64,000 nucleotides of DNA from Octopus sinensis (GCF_006345805.1 NW_021834222.1:8816-72815); one strand, 5' to 3'. Counted from the first letter of the stretch, positions 24,018 to 37,825 are shown. A program made the numbers and translations. Notes: a model not told the origin generated them from the sequence alone.

Positions 24018-24750
24018 CCAAAACATATATTGCATTGCCTAAAACTATTTATATTATTTACTATTTGTTATTTAATTAAACGCCACGCATCCATTTCCAA
24101 GTAAAGTTATTTTCCCCTTTTTGATGCGACTCTCTTCTCTATACTGTTTTCTCCCTCATCCCTTTTTAATTCTCTTTTTCTCTCCATTCATTCTTTCAAC
24201 ATTTTCTATCTGTCTCTCTCTCTCCTCCTTCTCTTTCTCTCCCTCTCATTGCTCACACGTGACCATCGTCCATCTTTCTTTTCCTTGCGGGACCATCTTT
24301 CTTTTTCTGCACAGTCGTTCAAAAGAACGGACGTTTTTTCTCTCTTCTATCTTTTCTCTTTAAAGAAAAAACGTTTCTCTCAGCATTCACTATTTTCCTC
24401 TCGTTCTGGTCTAACGACCCACCATGTTCGTTTTCGTTCGGTTTCCTTGTGTATATAAATACAGTGTACATTTAAACGCATAAGAGGTAACCAACATAGG
24501 AAACCTAGCACGCTACAAGGAATAGCCAAAATTCAAACCACTATTAGGGATAAATTTCGAAGGGAATCAAAAATAAAAATATTTACCTTCTATCTTCTGG
24601 GCCATGGTTTCTAACTCTATATTAGCAAGTAAAATAATTTGCCAGGCTTTTTCACTTCCCGAGCGTTAAACTCATACATCCGTTTGTTGTCTACACCACC
24701 TCTCTTCGTTTTTGGTTTTTTTTTTGTGAATTCCCCCTATATATACATAC

Positions 24751-24796
<46 letters not shown>

Positions 24797-24801
<5 letters not shown>

Positions 24802-24979
24802 TACAGATATAGGGTGAAAGATTATTAATTTAATAAAATCAACAAATTTTACCTAGTAGTTTTTTAGTATGGAAAAAGACCGTATTCGGTAAATCTTATA
24901 CAAAAAGTTTTTTTAGATATAATTATAACAATAAAGGTTATAATGTGGTCAAGCAACTTGTGCTAAACCCTTATTGTTA

Positions 24980-25039
<60 letters not shown>

Positions 25040-25224
25040 TATATATTACAGATAAAGGGTGAAATATAATTAATTAATAAAATCAACAAATTTTACCTAG
25101 TAGTTTTTTAGTATGGAAAAAGACCGTATTCGGTAAATCTTATACAAAAAGTTTTTTTAGATATAATTATAACAATAAAGGTTATAATGTGGTCAAGCAA
25201 CTTGTTGCTAAACCCTTATTGTTA

Positions 25225-25274
<50 letters not shown>

Positions 25275-25440
25275 TATATATTACAGATAAAGGGTGAAAT
25301 ATAATTAATTTAATAAATAAAAATCAACAAATTTCACCTAGTAGTATATTCGGTATGGAAAAGGACCATATTCGGTAAAAGTTCATATAATTATAACAAT
25401 AAGGGTCATTGCAACAAGTTGCTTGACCACATACCGAAAA
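24797..25440. repeat. Three tandem ~190-bp units separated by (TA)n, each of the first two ending in a hairpin
   Basis: acagata.agggtgaaa...atcaacaaattt.acctagtag...attcggtaaa repeated at ~24800, 25047 and 25283; inverted arms ataattataacaataa.gg / cccttattgttataattat. Confidence 0.8.
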
Positions 25441-25550
25441 TTTCCTTTTACTACAAAAATATGTCTCCACAGACAACAATATTTGCAACTCATATATGGC
25501 AAAAAAAGAAGAAAAATAACGAAATCAAACAATCCACGGTCAATTATAAT

Positions 25551-25587
<37 letters not shown>

Positions 25588-26089
25588 ATGTGTACTTATA
25601 TAAGTCTAATTCATAACTGTCAGGCAAATACATTTTGTCTGACTTACGGTTATGGATTACATATCTTGACGCTGAGCCTAAATGGTTTGTTAGTGCTCTT
25701 TTGAAAGTGTCACGTCCGTGAACACACACACATTCGCAAAGCCCGTACACACGCGCACTCACACACATAATGGTTCGCCTTTAATCTTATCGGAATCGAT
25801 CAATTAAGTACCCTGTTATTGTAGGGTGGCAGTGTTTATCTGGAAGCGAAAATCTGACAGGCGACATTTGTATCGTTTTATCGCTTTATCTTTTATTTGT
25901 TTCAGTTATTAAACTGCGGCCATGCTGGGTCACTGGCTTGGAGCGATTTTAGCCGAGTCGAACTAATCCCTTTTAAAAGCCTGATACTTATTCTGTCGGA
26001 CTCTCTTGCTGAACCGCAAAGTTACGAAGTCGTAAACAAACCAACGCCGGTTGTCAAGCGGTTGTGGGTGGACAAGCACAGGTATAAAG

Positions 26090-26131
<42 letters not shown>

Positions 26132-26320
26132 CACACATACACACTCATGCACACACCCATACATACACGCGTGCTCCTTTCAGTTTCAAATCCATTCATC
26201 CAGTCTACCAAACACCCCTCACAAGGATTTGGTCGGCCCGAGCTATAGTAGAAAACACTTGCCCAAGGTGCCACGCAGTGGGACTGACACAGAACCATGT
26301 GGTTCGGAAGCAACCTACTT

Positions 26321-28225
26321 TATTGCATAATATTTGCCATAAGGCAATACATAGAGGGGACGGACAAAGACAGACAAACATAAAAGGGTGAAGTAGCTTG
26401 AAACGATTAAAAATTAACGATGATTATCATACAGATGAAATTAAAAATGAATACAATTGCTAAAAGCAATGTCTAACATGGAGGAAAGGCGTCCTACTCT
26501 AGAGTAAGACCTTTGCTTTCTTTCCGTGGCTCTGCTCACTTGGTGCCAGTTACTCCCAGCTTTCTCTCGACAAGCTCCCATCTTTTTCTGAATCTTTCAC
26601 GTGACAGGTACCTCTTCTCCAGTCTGATCTTACTGCTGAGGTGGTAACTAAAAAAGTTGACCAACCCCTGGCCAGATACGAAGGTACCCATCACAATCTC
26701 TATCAACCCTAGGATCCTTCGGTGAGCACCCGTTGTTGCTCATCTTCTTCCTCTTGCGGCCCTTCTTTGAGGAGTTCTCCGTCTTCTCAGCCGCCTTCGT
26801 TCCTTCTTCAACAGAAGTCTCAATCAACTGCTCCATGCTTTGTTCCTGAGTACAGTTTTTCTTTATATGGCCAGGCTCTAGGCACCGATAGCACCTGTAG
26901 GAGGGGGGCACCTTCAAGAATCACCGGGTACCTGCACCCAGCCATTTTCAAAAAATCTAGCATAACCAGGTTCATGGCTGATTGGGTCCACCGGATCAAA
27001 GCAGCTTTTGATCCAACCAATCAGCCGCAGGAAGAATTTTCTATTGAGGAGCCTAGCTCCGCTGTCACCCAGACCCCGACGGATAGTATCCACTGGGGTT
27101 CAATTCCGAGTGGCAAACCACAGACCCAAGCCCTCGTCAATTTTTTTTCCCATCATAAGTGGGAAGAAACAAAATTTCTTTACCCTCAAGGGGCTGGCTC
27201 GCAAAACAAGAGTCTCCTCTGGGGTGTCAAACAGCAACCACACCGTTGCATATTTGACACCCCTAGAGATATACTTAATGGTTGGCAGATGTTCCGCCAA
27301 CTCCTGCTCAATCATCTGCTTGGAGAAGACGGTATGGTGTCGAGAACCTTCGAATACGTTCTCAACACCACCGTCCTCTCCTCTTGCTGTCTGAGCCACT
27401 CATTAGGTGGGACAATCTCTCACTCTACAATCTTATCCGTATTTTTTGCCATGTTTTAAATTAAAAAGTAAAAAGTTCAAAAGAATAGTTCACACAAATT
27501 CAAAAAGAAAAGAGAGAAATCAAAAGGAAACAAAAGAGAAAAAGAAAAAAAGCAAGAGCAGTTCAATAAAAAAGTCACAATAGAAGAAGAAAACAACAGT
27601 TCAAAAAAAAAAAACACAGCAAAAAATCTTCTGGGAATTCAGGTAGTTAAAACCCTATGGTACTCCGATTAGAACCTGGACTGCACCACTTGAAATTCAG
27701 CTTTCCAATTATTGGTAAATGTAGTTATAAAAATACACACTATTTACAAACAGCGAGTAACTTTTGGTGGCAGGATACGTCACCAAACTATACTTCTCAC
27801 GATGAGAAAAAATTTTCACTTTATGTGAACACTTGAAATACAGCTTTCCAATAAATGGTAAATGTTGTATAAACATACATTATTAAAAAAGTGAACAACT
27901 TTTGGTTGAAGGATACGCCCACCAAACTGTACTTCTCACAATGAGAAAAAATTTTCATTAAATGTGAACAATATTGCTGAACCGCAAGCAGACCAACATC
28001 CTCAATCCAGTGAGGACTCCTTGTTTTTAAAAAATATAACTACAGACAACAACCCCCACTGGACCTAAGAGACAAAAGTCTTACCCTGCAGCAATTTCTT
28101 TTGGCAGGCTAAACACTGCCGGCTATCTTCTTCAGTGCACAGCACAATCACACATGTGTACGCTGACAACAAAGACTCATGGGAAGTCCCAAAGACTCAT
28201 GGGAAGTATGCAGGCTACTTAGCAG
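26321..28225 (-). mobile_element. ORF1-only non-LTR retroelement (L1/Tx1-like) with 11-bp TSD
   Basis: TSD gcaacctactt (26310-26320) / gcaagctactt (28226-28236); single decayed ORF with a CCHC knuckle; 3' end gcaataaa; 5' region with ~140-bp tandem repeats and a polypyrimidine tract; no ORF2 sequence. Confidence 0.7.
26648..27452 (-). pseudogene. Gag-like ORF1 with CX2CX4HX4C zinc knuckle (frameshifted)
   Basis: Starts MAKNTDKIVE*EIVPPNEWLRQQEERTVVLR; CYRCLEPGHIKKNC at 26852-26893; basic tail KKGRKRKK. Confidence 0.75.
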
Positions 28226-29363
28226 GCAAGCTACTTACCACACAACTACGCCTGTATAATTAGTGGCAAATATAAACCCAAAGATTTATGAATTATGTTA
28301 ATGAATTATGAATAAACTTAAAAATCTCTCCCTCCTCCGCAACTGTAAGATGGTAAATAAGCAACATAAACTCCAATTTCTGACATTCACGGACTGGATA
28401 TGAATCTGAAACCTGTCATATGCTGGGTGACCGTTTAACACCAACGCCAGCCATTGATATTATGTCATGTACGTCACGTGGTAAATATCACTGAATTGGT
28501 GGCAGCTCTTTGTATCAAGAATTGCCAATGTTTTATAAACATCTGACATATATGAAGGTTTGTGGCTCTCGGTTCATTCATCCCTGTCACGTCTCGTTGT
28601 CATGTATAGCAAGCGTGGGGGTGCGGTAGAACAACTACTAAACCTAAAAAAATTAACAACTCTATCTACCTAAATAACAACTCTACCTAACTACCTACCT
28701 ACCTACCTACCTACCTACCTACCTACCTACATACATACATACATACATACATACATAATACATGCATACATACCTACCTACGTACCTACATACCTACTTA
28801 CCTACCTGCCTGCCTGCCTGCCTGCCTGCATGCCTACCTACCTACGTACCTACCTACGTACCTATCTATGTACCTACCTACGTACCTACCTACGTACCTA
28901 CGTACCTACTGGCCTACCTACCTACCTACCTACCTACCTACCTACCTACCAACCAACCTATCTATCTATCTATCTGTCTGTCTATCTATATGTATATGTC
29001 TCTCTCTTTCTTTCTCTCTCCTCTCTCTCCTCTCTATATATATTATATATATATATATATATTATATATATTATAATATATATACACACATATATATATT
29101 AAGATAAAGGGTGAAATATAATTAATGTAATAATAAATCAACAAATTTCACCTAGTAGTATATTCGGTAGAAAAGGACCTATTCGGTAAAAGTTCATATA
29201 ATTATAACAATAAGGGTCATTGCAACAAGTTGCTTGACCACATACCGAAAATTTCCTTTTACTACAAAAATATGTCTCCACAGACAACAATATTTGCAAC
29301 TCATATATGGCAAAAAAAAGGAAGAAAAATAACGAAATCAAACAATCCACGGTCAATTATAAT

Positions 29364-29402
<39 letters not shown>

Positions 29403-29921
29403 ATGTGTACTTATATAAGTCTAATTCATAACTGTCAGGCAAATACATTTTGTCTGACTTACGGTTATGGATTACATATCTTGACGCTGAGCCTAAATGG
29501 TTTGTTAATGCTCTTTTGAAGTGTCACGTCCGTGAACACACACACATTCGCAAAGCCCGTACACACGCGCACTCACACACATAATGGTTCGCCTTTAATC
29601 TTATCGGAATCGATCAATTAAGTACCCTGTTATTGTAGGGTGGCAGTTGTTTATCTGGAAGCGAAAATCTGACAGGCGACATTGTATCGTTTATTTCGTT
29701 TAATAATCGCTTTATCTTCTTTTATTTGTTTCAGTTATTAAACTGCGGCCATGCTGGGTCACTGGCTTGGAGCGATTTTAGCCGAGTCGAACTAATCCCT
29801 TTTAAAAGCCTGATACTTATTCTGTCGGACTCTCTTGCTGAACCGCAATTTACGAAGGGTCGTAAACAAACCACGCCGGTTGTCAAGCGCGTTGTGGTGG
29901 ACAAGCACAGGTATAAAGACA

Positions 29922-29963
<42 letters not shown>

Positions 29964-30149
29964 ACATACACACTCATGCACACACCCATACATACGACGT
30001 GCTCCTTTCAGTTTCAAATCCATTCATCCAGTCTACCAAACCCACTCACAAGGATTTGGTCGGCCCGAGGCTATAGTAGAAGACACTTGCCCAAGGTGCC
30101 ACGCAGTGGGACTGAACACAGAACCATGTGGTTCGGAAGCAACCTACTT

Positions 30150-32050
30150 TATTGCATAATATTTGCCATAAGGCAATACATAGAGGGGACGGACAAAGAC
30201 AGACAAACATAAAAGGGTGAAGTAGCTTGAAACGATTAAAAATTAACGATGATTATCATACAGATGAAATTAAAAATGAATACAATTGCTAAAAGCAATG
30301 TCTAAACATGGGGAAAGGCGTCCTACTCTAGAGTAAGACCTTTGCTTTCTTTCCGTGGCTCTGCTCACTTGGTGCCAGTTACTCCACAGCTTTCTCTCTC
30401 TCGACAAGCTCCCATCTTTTTCTGAATCTTCACGTGACAGGTACCTCTTCTCCAGTCTGATCTTACTGCTGAGGTGGTAACTAAAAAAGTTGACCACCCC
30501 TGCCAGATACGAAGGTACCCATCACAATCTCTATCATCCACACTAGGATCCTTCGGTGAGCACCGTTGTTGCTCATCTTCTTCCCTTGCGGCCCTTCTTT
30601 GAGGAGTTCTCCGTCTTCTCAGCCGCCTTCGTTTCCTTCTCAACAGAAGTCTCAATCAACTGCTCCATGCTTTGTTCCTGAGTACAGTTTTTCTTTATAT
30701 GGCCAGGCTCTAGGCACCGATAGCACCTGTAGGAGGGGGGCACCTTCAAGAATCACCGGGTACCTGCACCCAGCCATTTTCAAAAAATCTAGCATAACCA
30801 GGTTCATGGCTGATTGGGTCCACCGGATCAAAGCAGCTTTTGATCCAACCCAATCAGCCGCAGGAAGAATTTTCCTATTGAGGAGCCTAGCTCCGCTGTC
30901 ACCCAGACCCCGACGGATAGTATCCACTGGGGTTCAATTCCGAGTGGCAAACCACAGACCCAAGCCCTCGTCAATTTTTTTTCCCATCATAAGTGGGAAG
31001 AAACAAAATTTCTTTACCCTCAAGGGGCTGGCTCGCAAAACAGAGAGTCTCCTCTGGGGTGTCAAACAGCAACCACACCGTTGCATATTTGACACCCCTA
31101 GAGATATACTTAATGGTTGGCAGATGTTCCGCCAACTCCTGCTCAATCATCTGCTTGGAGAAGACGGTAATGGTGTCGAGAACCTTCGAATACGTTCTCA
31201 ACACCACCGTCCTCTCCTCTTGCTGTCTGAGCCACTCATTAGGTGGGACAATCTCTCACTCTACAATCTTATCCGTATTTTTTGCCATGTTTTAAATTAA
31301 AAAGTAAAAAGTTCAAAAGAATAGTTCACAAATTTCAAAAAGAAAAGAGAGAAATCAAAAGGAAACAAAAGAGAAAAAGAAAAAAAGCAAGCAGTTCAAT
31401 AAAAAAGTCACAATAGAAGAAGAAAACAACAGTTCAAAAAAAAAAAACACAGCAAAAAATCTTCTGGAATTCAGGTAGTTAAAACCCTATGGTACTCGAT
31501 TAGAACCTGGACTGCAACCACTTGAAATTCAGCTTTCCAATTATTGGTAAATGTAGTTATAAAAATAACACACTATTTACAAACAGCGAGTAACTTTTGG
31601 TGGCAGGATACGTCACCAAACTATACTTCTCACGATGAGAAAAAATTTTCACTTTATGTGACACTTGAAATACACAGCTTTCCAATATGGTAATGTTGTA
31701 TAAACATACATTATTAAAAAAGTGAACAACTTTTGGTGAAGAATACGCCCCCAACTGTACTTCTCACAATGAGAAAAAATTTTTCATTAAATGTGAACAA
31801 TATTGCTGAACCGCAAGCAGACCAACATCCTCAATCCAGTGAGGACTCCTTGTTTTTAAAAAATATAACTACAGACAACAACCCCCCCTGGACCTAAGAG
31901 ACAAAAGGCTTACCCTGCAGCAATTTCTTTGCAGGCTAACACTGCCGGCTATCTTCTTCAGTGCACAGCACAATCACACATGTGTACGCTGACAACAAAG
32001 ACTCATGGGAAGTCCCAAAGACTCATGGGAAGTATGCAGGCTACTTAGCA
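30150..32050 (-). mobile_element. Second copy of the ORF1-only element (part of the tandem duplication)
   Basis: Same TSD (30139-30149 / 32051-32061) and the same in-frame stop at codon 11. Confidence 0.75.
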
Positions 32051-32834
32051 GCAAGCTACTTACCACACAACTACGCCTGTATAATTAGTGGCAATATAAA
32101 CCCAAAGATTTATGAATTATGTTAATGAATTATGAATAACTTAAAAATCTCTCCCTCCTGCAAAACTGTAAGATGGTAAATAGCACATAAACTCCAATTT
32201 CTGACATTCGGACTGGATATGAATCTGAAACCTGTCATATGCTGGGTGACCGTTTAACACAACGCCAGCCATTGATATTATGTCATGTTACGTCACGTGG
32301 TAAATATCACTGAATTGGTGGCAGCTCTTTGTATCAAGAATTGCCAATGTTTTATAAACTCTGACATATATGAAGGTTTGTGGCTCTCGGTTCATTCTCC
32401 CTGTCACGGAACGTCTCGTTGTCATGTATAGCAAGCTGGGGGGTGCGGTAGAACACACAACTACTAAACCTAAAAAAATTAACAACTCTATCTACTAAAT
32501 AACAACTCTACCTAACTACCTACCTACCTACCTACCTACCTACTACCTACCTACATACATACATACATCATACATACATAATACATGCATACATACCTAC
32601 CTACGTACCTACATACCTACTTACCTACCTGCCTGCCTGCCTGCCTGCCGCATGCCTACCTACCTACGTACCTACCTACGTACCTATCTATGTACCTACC
32701 TACGTACCTACCTACGTACCTACGTACCTACTGGCCTACCTACCTACCTACCTACCTACCTACCTACCTACCAACCAACCTATCTATCTATCTATCTGTC
32801 TGTCTATCTATATGTATATGTCTCTCTCTTTCTT

Positions 32835-32879
<45 letters not shown>

Positions 32880-33362
32880 GTGTATATATATGTTTGTGTA
32901 TGTATATATATATGGCATATATATATATAATATATATATATTATATATATATGTGTGTGTGTGTGTGTGTATATTATATGTGTGTGTGTATATACATATA
33001 TATGCATTCACACATATATCTATGTGTGTGTATGTATATATGTATATATATATATATGCATACACACATATATATGAGAGATAGATAGATAGATAGAGAA
33101 AGCGAGAAAGATGGCGAGAGAGGGGGAGGACGAGAATTAAAGCAATTGTTATGAACTCAGTGTTAATGAATTAGGTCGCCGTTTGTGAGACAGATGAAGA
33201 AAAAGGCAGAAAGTTTCGGGTTATTTAACGGTTCTGTAGAGCTTCCGATATTTACCGTTAGATGGAGCCGCGATCATCCATCCATTTGAATCGTACGACA
33301 ACCTGTTGTTAAACTTTGCAACCACCACCATCATCACACCCCCACTACTACTACTACTACTA

Positions 33363-33403
<41 letters not shown>

Positions 33404-33621
33404 GTGGTTGTATTGATGTTAAAGTGTTATATCACAAGTCATTTCCTCAAGTCTTTCACTCAGATCTTTCTGATTGCAGCAGGAGGTCGTTATCAGGCGC
33501 TCGAGTCAGCTGCTTGTGCGGGAGAGAGGAGAGAGAGAGAGAGAGAGAGAGAGGAAACCGGGAGAGAAAGTAGGAAAGATAAGACGAGAGAGAGAGAGAG
33601 AAGTAAAATAAAGGTAAAATT

Positions 33622-33668
<47 letters not shown>

Positions 33669-33977
33669 GTGGAAAGAGAAGAAATTTTAGTTTTGGAAAT
33701 ATCAAATATTGCAACGGATTTCCTTTACTTTAGCTCTATCAACTTCAATATAAATTCCAAACACATACAAACGGCGTCTTTCAAATCTCCAACACACACA
33801 CACACACACACGACCTCCTTCTCTCTCTTTCTCACATCCATCTCTTTTATTTGTACGTATCTTGGCTACAGTTATGTTAGTTCTAATACGTTTCTACACC
33901 CAACATATTTCATACAAACACAACCATACACATACTCATCCATGCTACACAACACATACACAACATACATAAGAGTC

Positions 33978-34025
<48 letters not shown>

Positions 34026-34421
34026 TGCATATATACATACATATGCACACACAAATCTATGTATTTATGTATCACCTTTTCTATAATTCATTGAGATTCC
34101 TTGGACAAGATCAAAAGTTGATCTTGAACTAAGAGACAAGATTCTTTTGTCGCTGCTTAATTCGATCATAAATTTAATCAGACTTGAATATTTTCCAAAG
34201 TTTTGCAGTTTGACCATTCCAGTAATCGATTGAATTTATAGAATTCAACTGAAACGATTTGCTCCTTTCTTTCAACGACTGCAGTGTTTCAAGATTATGT
34301 TGTTGAAATTTGTTGCTGTAAAAAACTGAAAGTTTGGAAGTAGAAGTAAACCAATACTAATTTCAAGCCCGATTTAAGAATCGAACTCTCGACCAGAAAA
34401 ATCAACGCTAATAACTATACC

Positions 34422-34653
34422 TATTTCTTTACTACCTAGAAGGGGCTAAACGCAGAGGACAAACAAGGACAGACACACGGATTAAGTCGATTATATCGAC
34501 CCCAGTGCGTAACTGGTACTTATTTAATCGATCCCGAAAGGGTGAAAGGCAAAGTCGACCTCGGCGGAATTTGAACTCAGAACGTAACGGCAGACGAAAT
34601 ACCGCTAAGCATTTCGCCCGGCGTGCTAACGTTTCTGCCAACACACCACCTTG
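34422..34653 (-). mobile_element. SINE family A monomer with 19-bp target-site duplication
   Basis: caacgctaataactatacc at 34403-34421 and 34654-34672. Confidence 0.9.
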
Positions 34654-35084
34654 CAACGCTAATAACTATACCGTACGACTTCACCAATGGGAACTTGTGA
34701 GTGATTTAGATTTTAGGGAAAAAAACGTGAAATTCCTTTGGTCATATAAAGCTTGTCATGGAGTAGCAACGTGTTGGTGCGGATGGCATCGTAGATCACC
34801 ATTTCCATGTTGTACAATCCTTGTCGTTGAGATCTTGCAATACCAGCAGCAGCAGTAGTAGTAGGAGCAGCAGCAGCACGAAGCTTTATTAATTACTTGC
34901 ATGACAGCAAAGTTTCTGACCCGTTAATTACTAATGAGTACGAAGACGAGGACGACAATAAGGACCAACACTCAGCAGAATTCGTACTGAGTAAGGGTCA
35001 GACTCACCTGAATCTAAACATGACTCTTTGAAATCCCTTTAAAGTCTTGTGTCACAACAATTTCACTATTAATTCACAAATGAA

Positions 35085-35352
35085 GGCGCGTGGATCAGTG
35101 GTTAGGGTTTTCGGCTCACAATCGTAAGATTGTGCAAGACGCTTCATTTCCCATTGCTCCAGTCCACTCAGCTGACAAAAATGAGTTGTACCTGTGGGGC
35201 CGGCCTTGCATGTTCTCAATCTGACTTTCCCAGAGAACTACGTTGAGGGAACGCGTGCCTGTAGAGCGCTCAGCCACTTGCACGTTAACTTCAAGAGCAG
35301 GCTGTTCCGTTGATCGTACCAACTCGAAGCTCATCGTCGTAACCGACGGAGG
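35085..35352 (+). mobile_element. SINE family C
   Basis: ggcgcgtggatcagtggttaggg head; cagccacttgcacgttaa...gcaggctgttccgttgatcg...gtcgtaaccgacgg body. Confidence 0.75.
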
Positions 35353-36718
35353 ACCAGTTATTAATTCACAGAGATGGAATGAAGCTTGGAGGTCAGTGTT
35401 TGTCATTAATTTTTCTGACAAAATATATTTTCAAGTTCATTTAGGAATTAATTTCCCACAAATACACCACTGATAGTAGAGTGTTGTTTCAGTGTTTTAA
35501 ATATTTCTGAGCCCACTATTTTGATATCACTAAAGACCAATACCAGAGGAAGTCTGGGTAGCGGGTTCAAATCAGTTAAGATTCAATCTAATGTTTTAAG
35601 TTGTTTAGTTCCATCCCGTTATATTCTAATTCCAAACAATTCATTACAGATTCTACTTTTTACTCTTCAGGCATCGCTAAAGACAATCCCTAGCGTTGAG
35701 GTGCTAAAGTTGGTGTACAAAATTTTCCGGGGATCTTTAAATTCTTAGTTTATGTCTCGCAAAGGTCTATTTTATTTTTATCTTCCTGAAGTTGATAAAA
35801 AAATACCATTCAAAAATCGTGGGGTGGATAACATAACGTGACTTTTTATTCTTGATTCCTAAGACTCATAAGACCTGCTTTTAATGGCGTACAAGTGCCC
35901 GAGATCACAACGTGCCCACTGAACGCAAAGCCGGTCTGTTGCAAGGTTCAACACCATCATTTCTGAGGGGAGGGACAAGTCGATTACATCGACCCTAGTA
36001 ATTGACAGTAAATTCTATTTTTTTTTTGTTTTTCTACCTACCCCTTAAAGATGAAAGGTACAGTTAGCTTCGGTGGCATTTGAACTTGGAACGCTTTGAC
36101 ATTAACTGATGCCCACCCCCACCAAATTACTGGCCCAGTGTTTATACAACTTTTTTTTTTTATTTAGGAACGGATTAAATACTTTGTGGTAATTAGCAAC
36201 AACTCTATGTCCCGAGTTCAAATCTCACCGAAATTAATTTTGCATTTTATTCTTTGATTCTCTTTACAATAAAGTACCAGTAATACACTGAGGTCTCTTT
36301 AATCACCTGACCCTTGATGGCAGCGTTAGAAATCAATATTAAAAAATATTTATAATTATTCCTGTTAATGAGGTGAATACCAAAATCAAAGATCGAGCAA
36401 TGTGTGACCCTGTTTAATTTTAAATCTTACTTTCAGCGTTCAAATCCTGCCCAGGTTCACCTAAGCCTCTCACATCTTCCAGTTCCATAAGATAAATGTC
36501 TAAATATTGGAGTCAATAATAATTGGCACCATTCCGTTTGTCGCGACGTTCCGAGTTCAAATTCCGCCGAGGTCGATTTTGCCTTTCATCCTTTCGGGAT
36601 CGAAGAAATAAGTACCAGTTATGTACTAGGGATCAATATAATCGACTGGCCCCCTCCCCACAAAATTTCGAGCCATGTGACTATAGCTGAAAAAAGGATT
36701 ATGATAGTTCAATGATAT

Positions 36719-37501
36719 TGGCGAGCTGGCAGAAACGTTAGCACGCCGGACGAAATGCTTAGCGGTATTTCGTCTGTCTTTAGGTTCTGAGTTCAAATTC
36801 CGCCGAGGTCGACTTTGCCTCTCATCCTTTCGGGGTCGATTAAATAAGTACCAGTTACGCACTGGGGTCGATGTAACCGACTAATCCGTTTGTCTGTCCA
36901 TGTTTGTCCCCTCTGTGTTTAGCCTCTTGTGGGCAATAAAGAAATAGGTATTTCGTCTGCCGCTACGTTCTGAGTTCAAATTCCGCCGAGGTCGATTTTG
37001 CCTTTCATGCTTTCGGGGTCGATTAAATAAGTACCAGTTACGCACTGGGGTCGATGTAATCGACTTAATCCGTTTGTCTGTCCTTGTTTGTCCTCTCTGT
37101 GTTTAGCCCCTTGTGGGTAGTAAAGAAATAGGTATTTCGTCTGCCGCTACGTTCTGAGTTCAAATTCCGCTGATATCGATTTTGCCTTTCATCCTTTCGG
37201 GGTCGATTAAATAAGTACCAGTTACGCACTGGGGTCGATGTAATCGACTTAATCCGTTTGTCTGTCCTTGTTTGTCCTCTCTGTGTTTAGCCCCTTGTGG
37301 GTAGTAAAGAAATAGGTATTTCGTCTGCCGCTACGTTCTGAGTTCAAATTCCGCTGATGTCGATTTTGCCTTTCATCCTTTCGGGGTCGATTAAATAAGT
37401 ACCAGTTACGCACTGGGGTCGATGTAATCGACTTAATCCGTTTGTCTGTCCTTGTTTGTCCCCCTCTGTGTTTAGCCCCTTGTGGATAGTAAAGAAATAG
37501 G
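36719..37501 (+). mobile_element. SINE family A tetramer (one head plus four ~184-bp units), preceded by further SINE-A fragments at ~35960-36700
   Basis: ggtatttcgtctg restarts at ~36764, 36947, 37131 and 37315, each after aaagaaata. Confidence 0.92.
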
Positions 37502-37519
37502 AATTATTAACGATGGGGA

Positions 37520-37766
37520 TGATGGCGGCGACGACGTCAATGATAATGGTATTGATGACGATGATGATGATGATGATGATGATGACGACGACGACGACGA
37601 CGACGATGATGATGATGAACGACAACAACGACGACAACAACCACGACGTCGAATGACTCTAAGGACAGTTATGATGTTTATCCTCTCCCCTCCACTTCCA
37701 CTTCCTTCTCACTTCGCTACCCAAAACATTATTCTTATCATCAACATCACCGCCACCATCACCTCC

Positions 37767-37825
<59 letters not shown>

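Larger units (their letters stand above)
25890..28257 (-). mobile_element. SINE family B split by a 1.9-kb insertion (body 25890-26320, head 28226-28257); duplicated at ~29720-32082
   Basis: accatgtggttcggaagcaa continues as gcaagctacttaccacacaactacgcctgta after the insert. Confidence 0.8.
25281..32880 (+). repeat. ~3.8-kb tandem segmental duplication (25281-29101 / 29102-~32880)
   Basis: Collinear near-identical copies offset by ~3817 bp, differing mostly by 1-2 nt indels. Confidence 0.95.
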
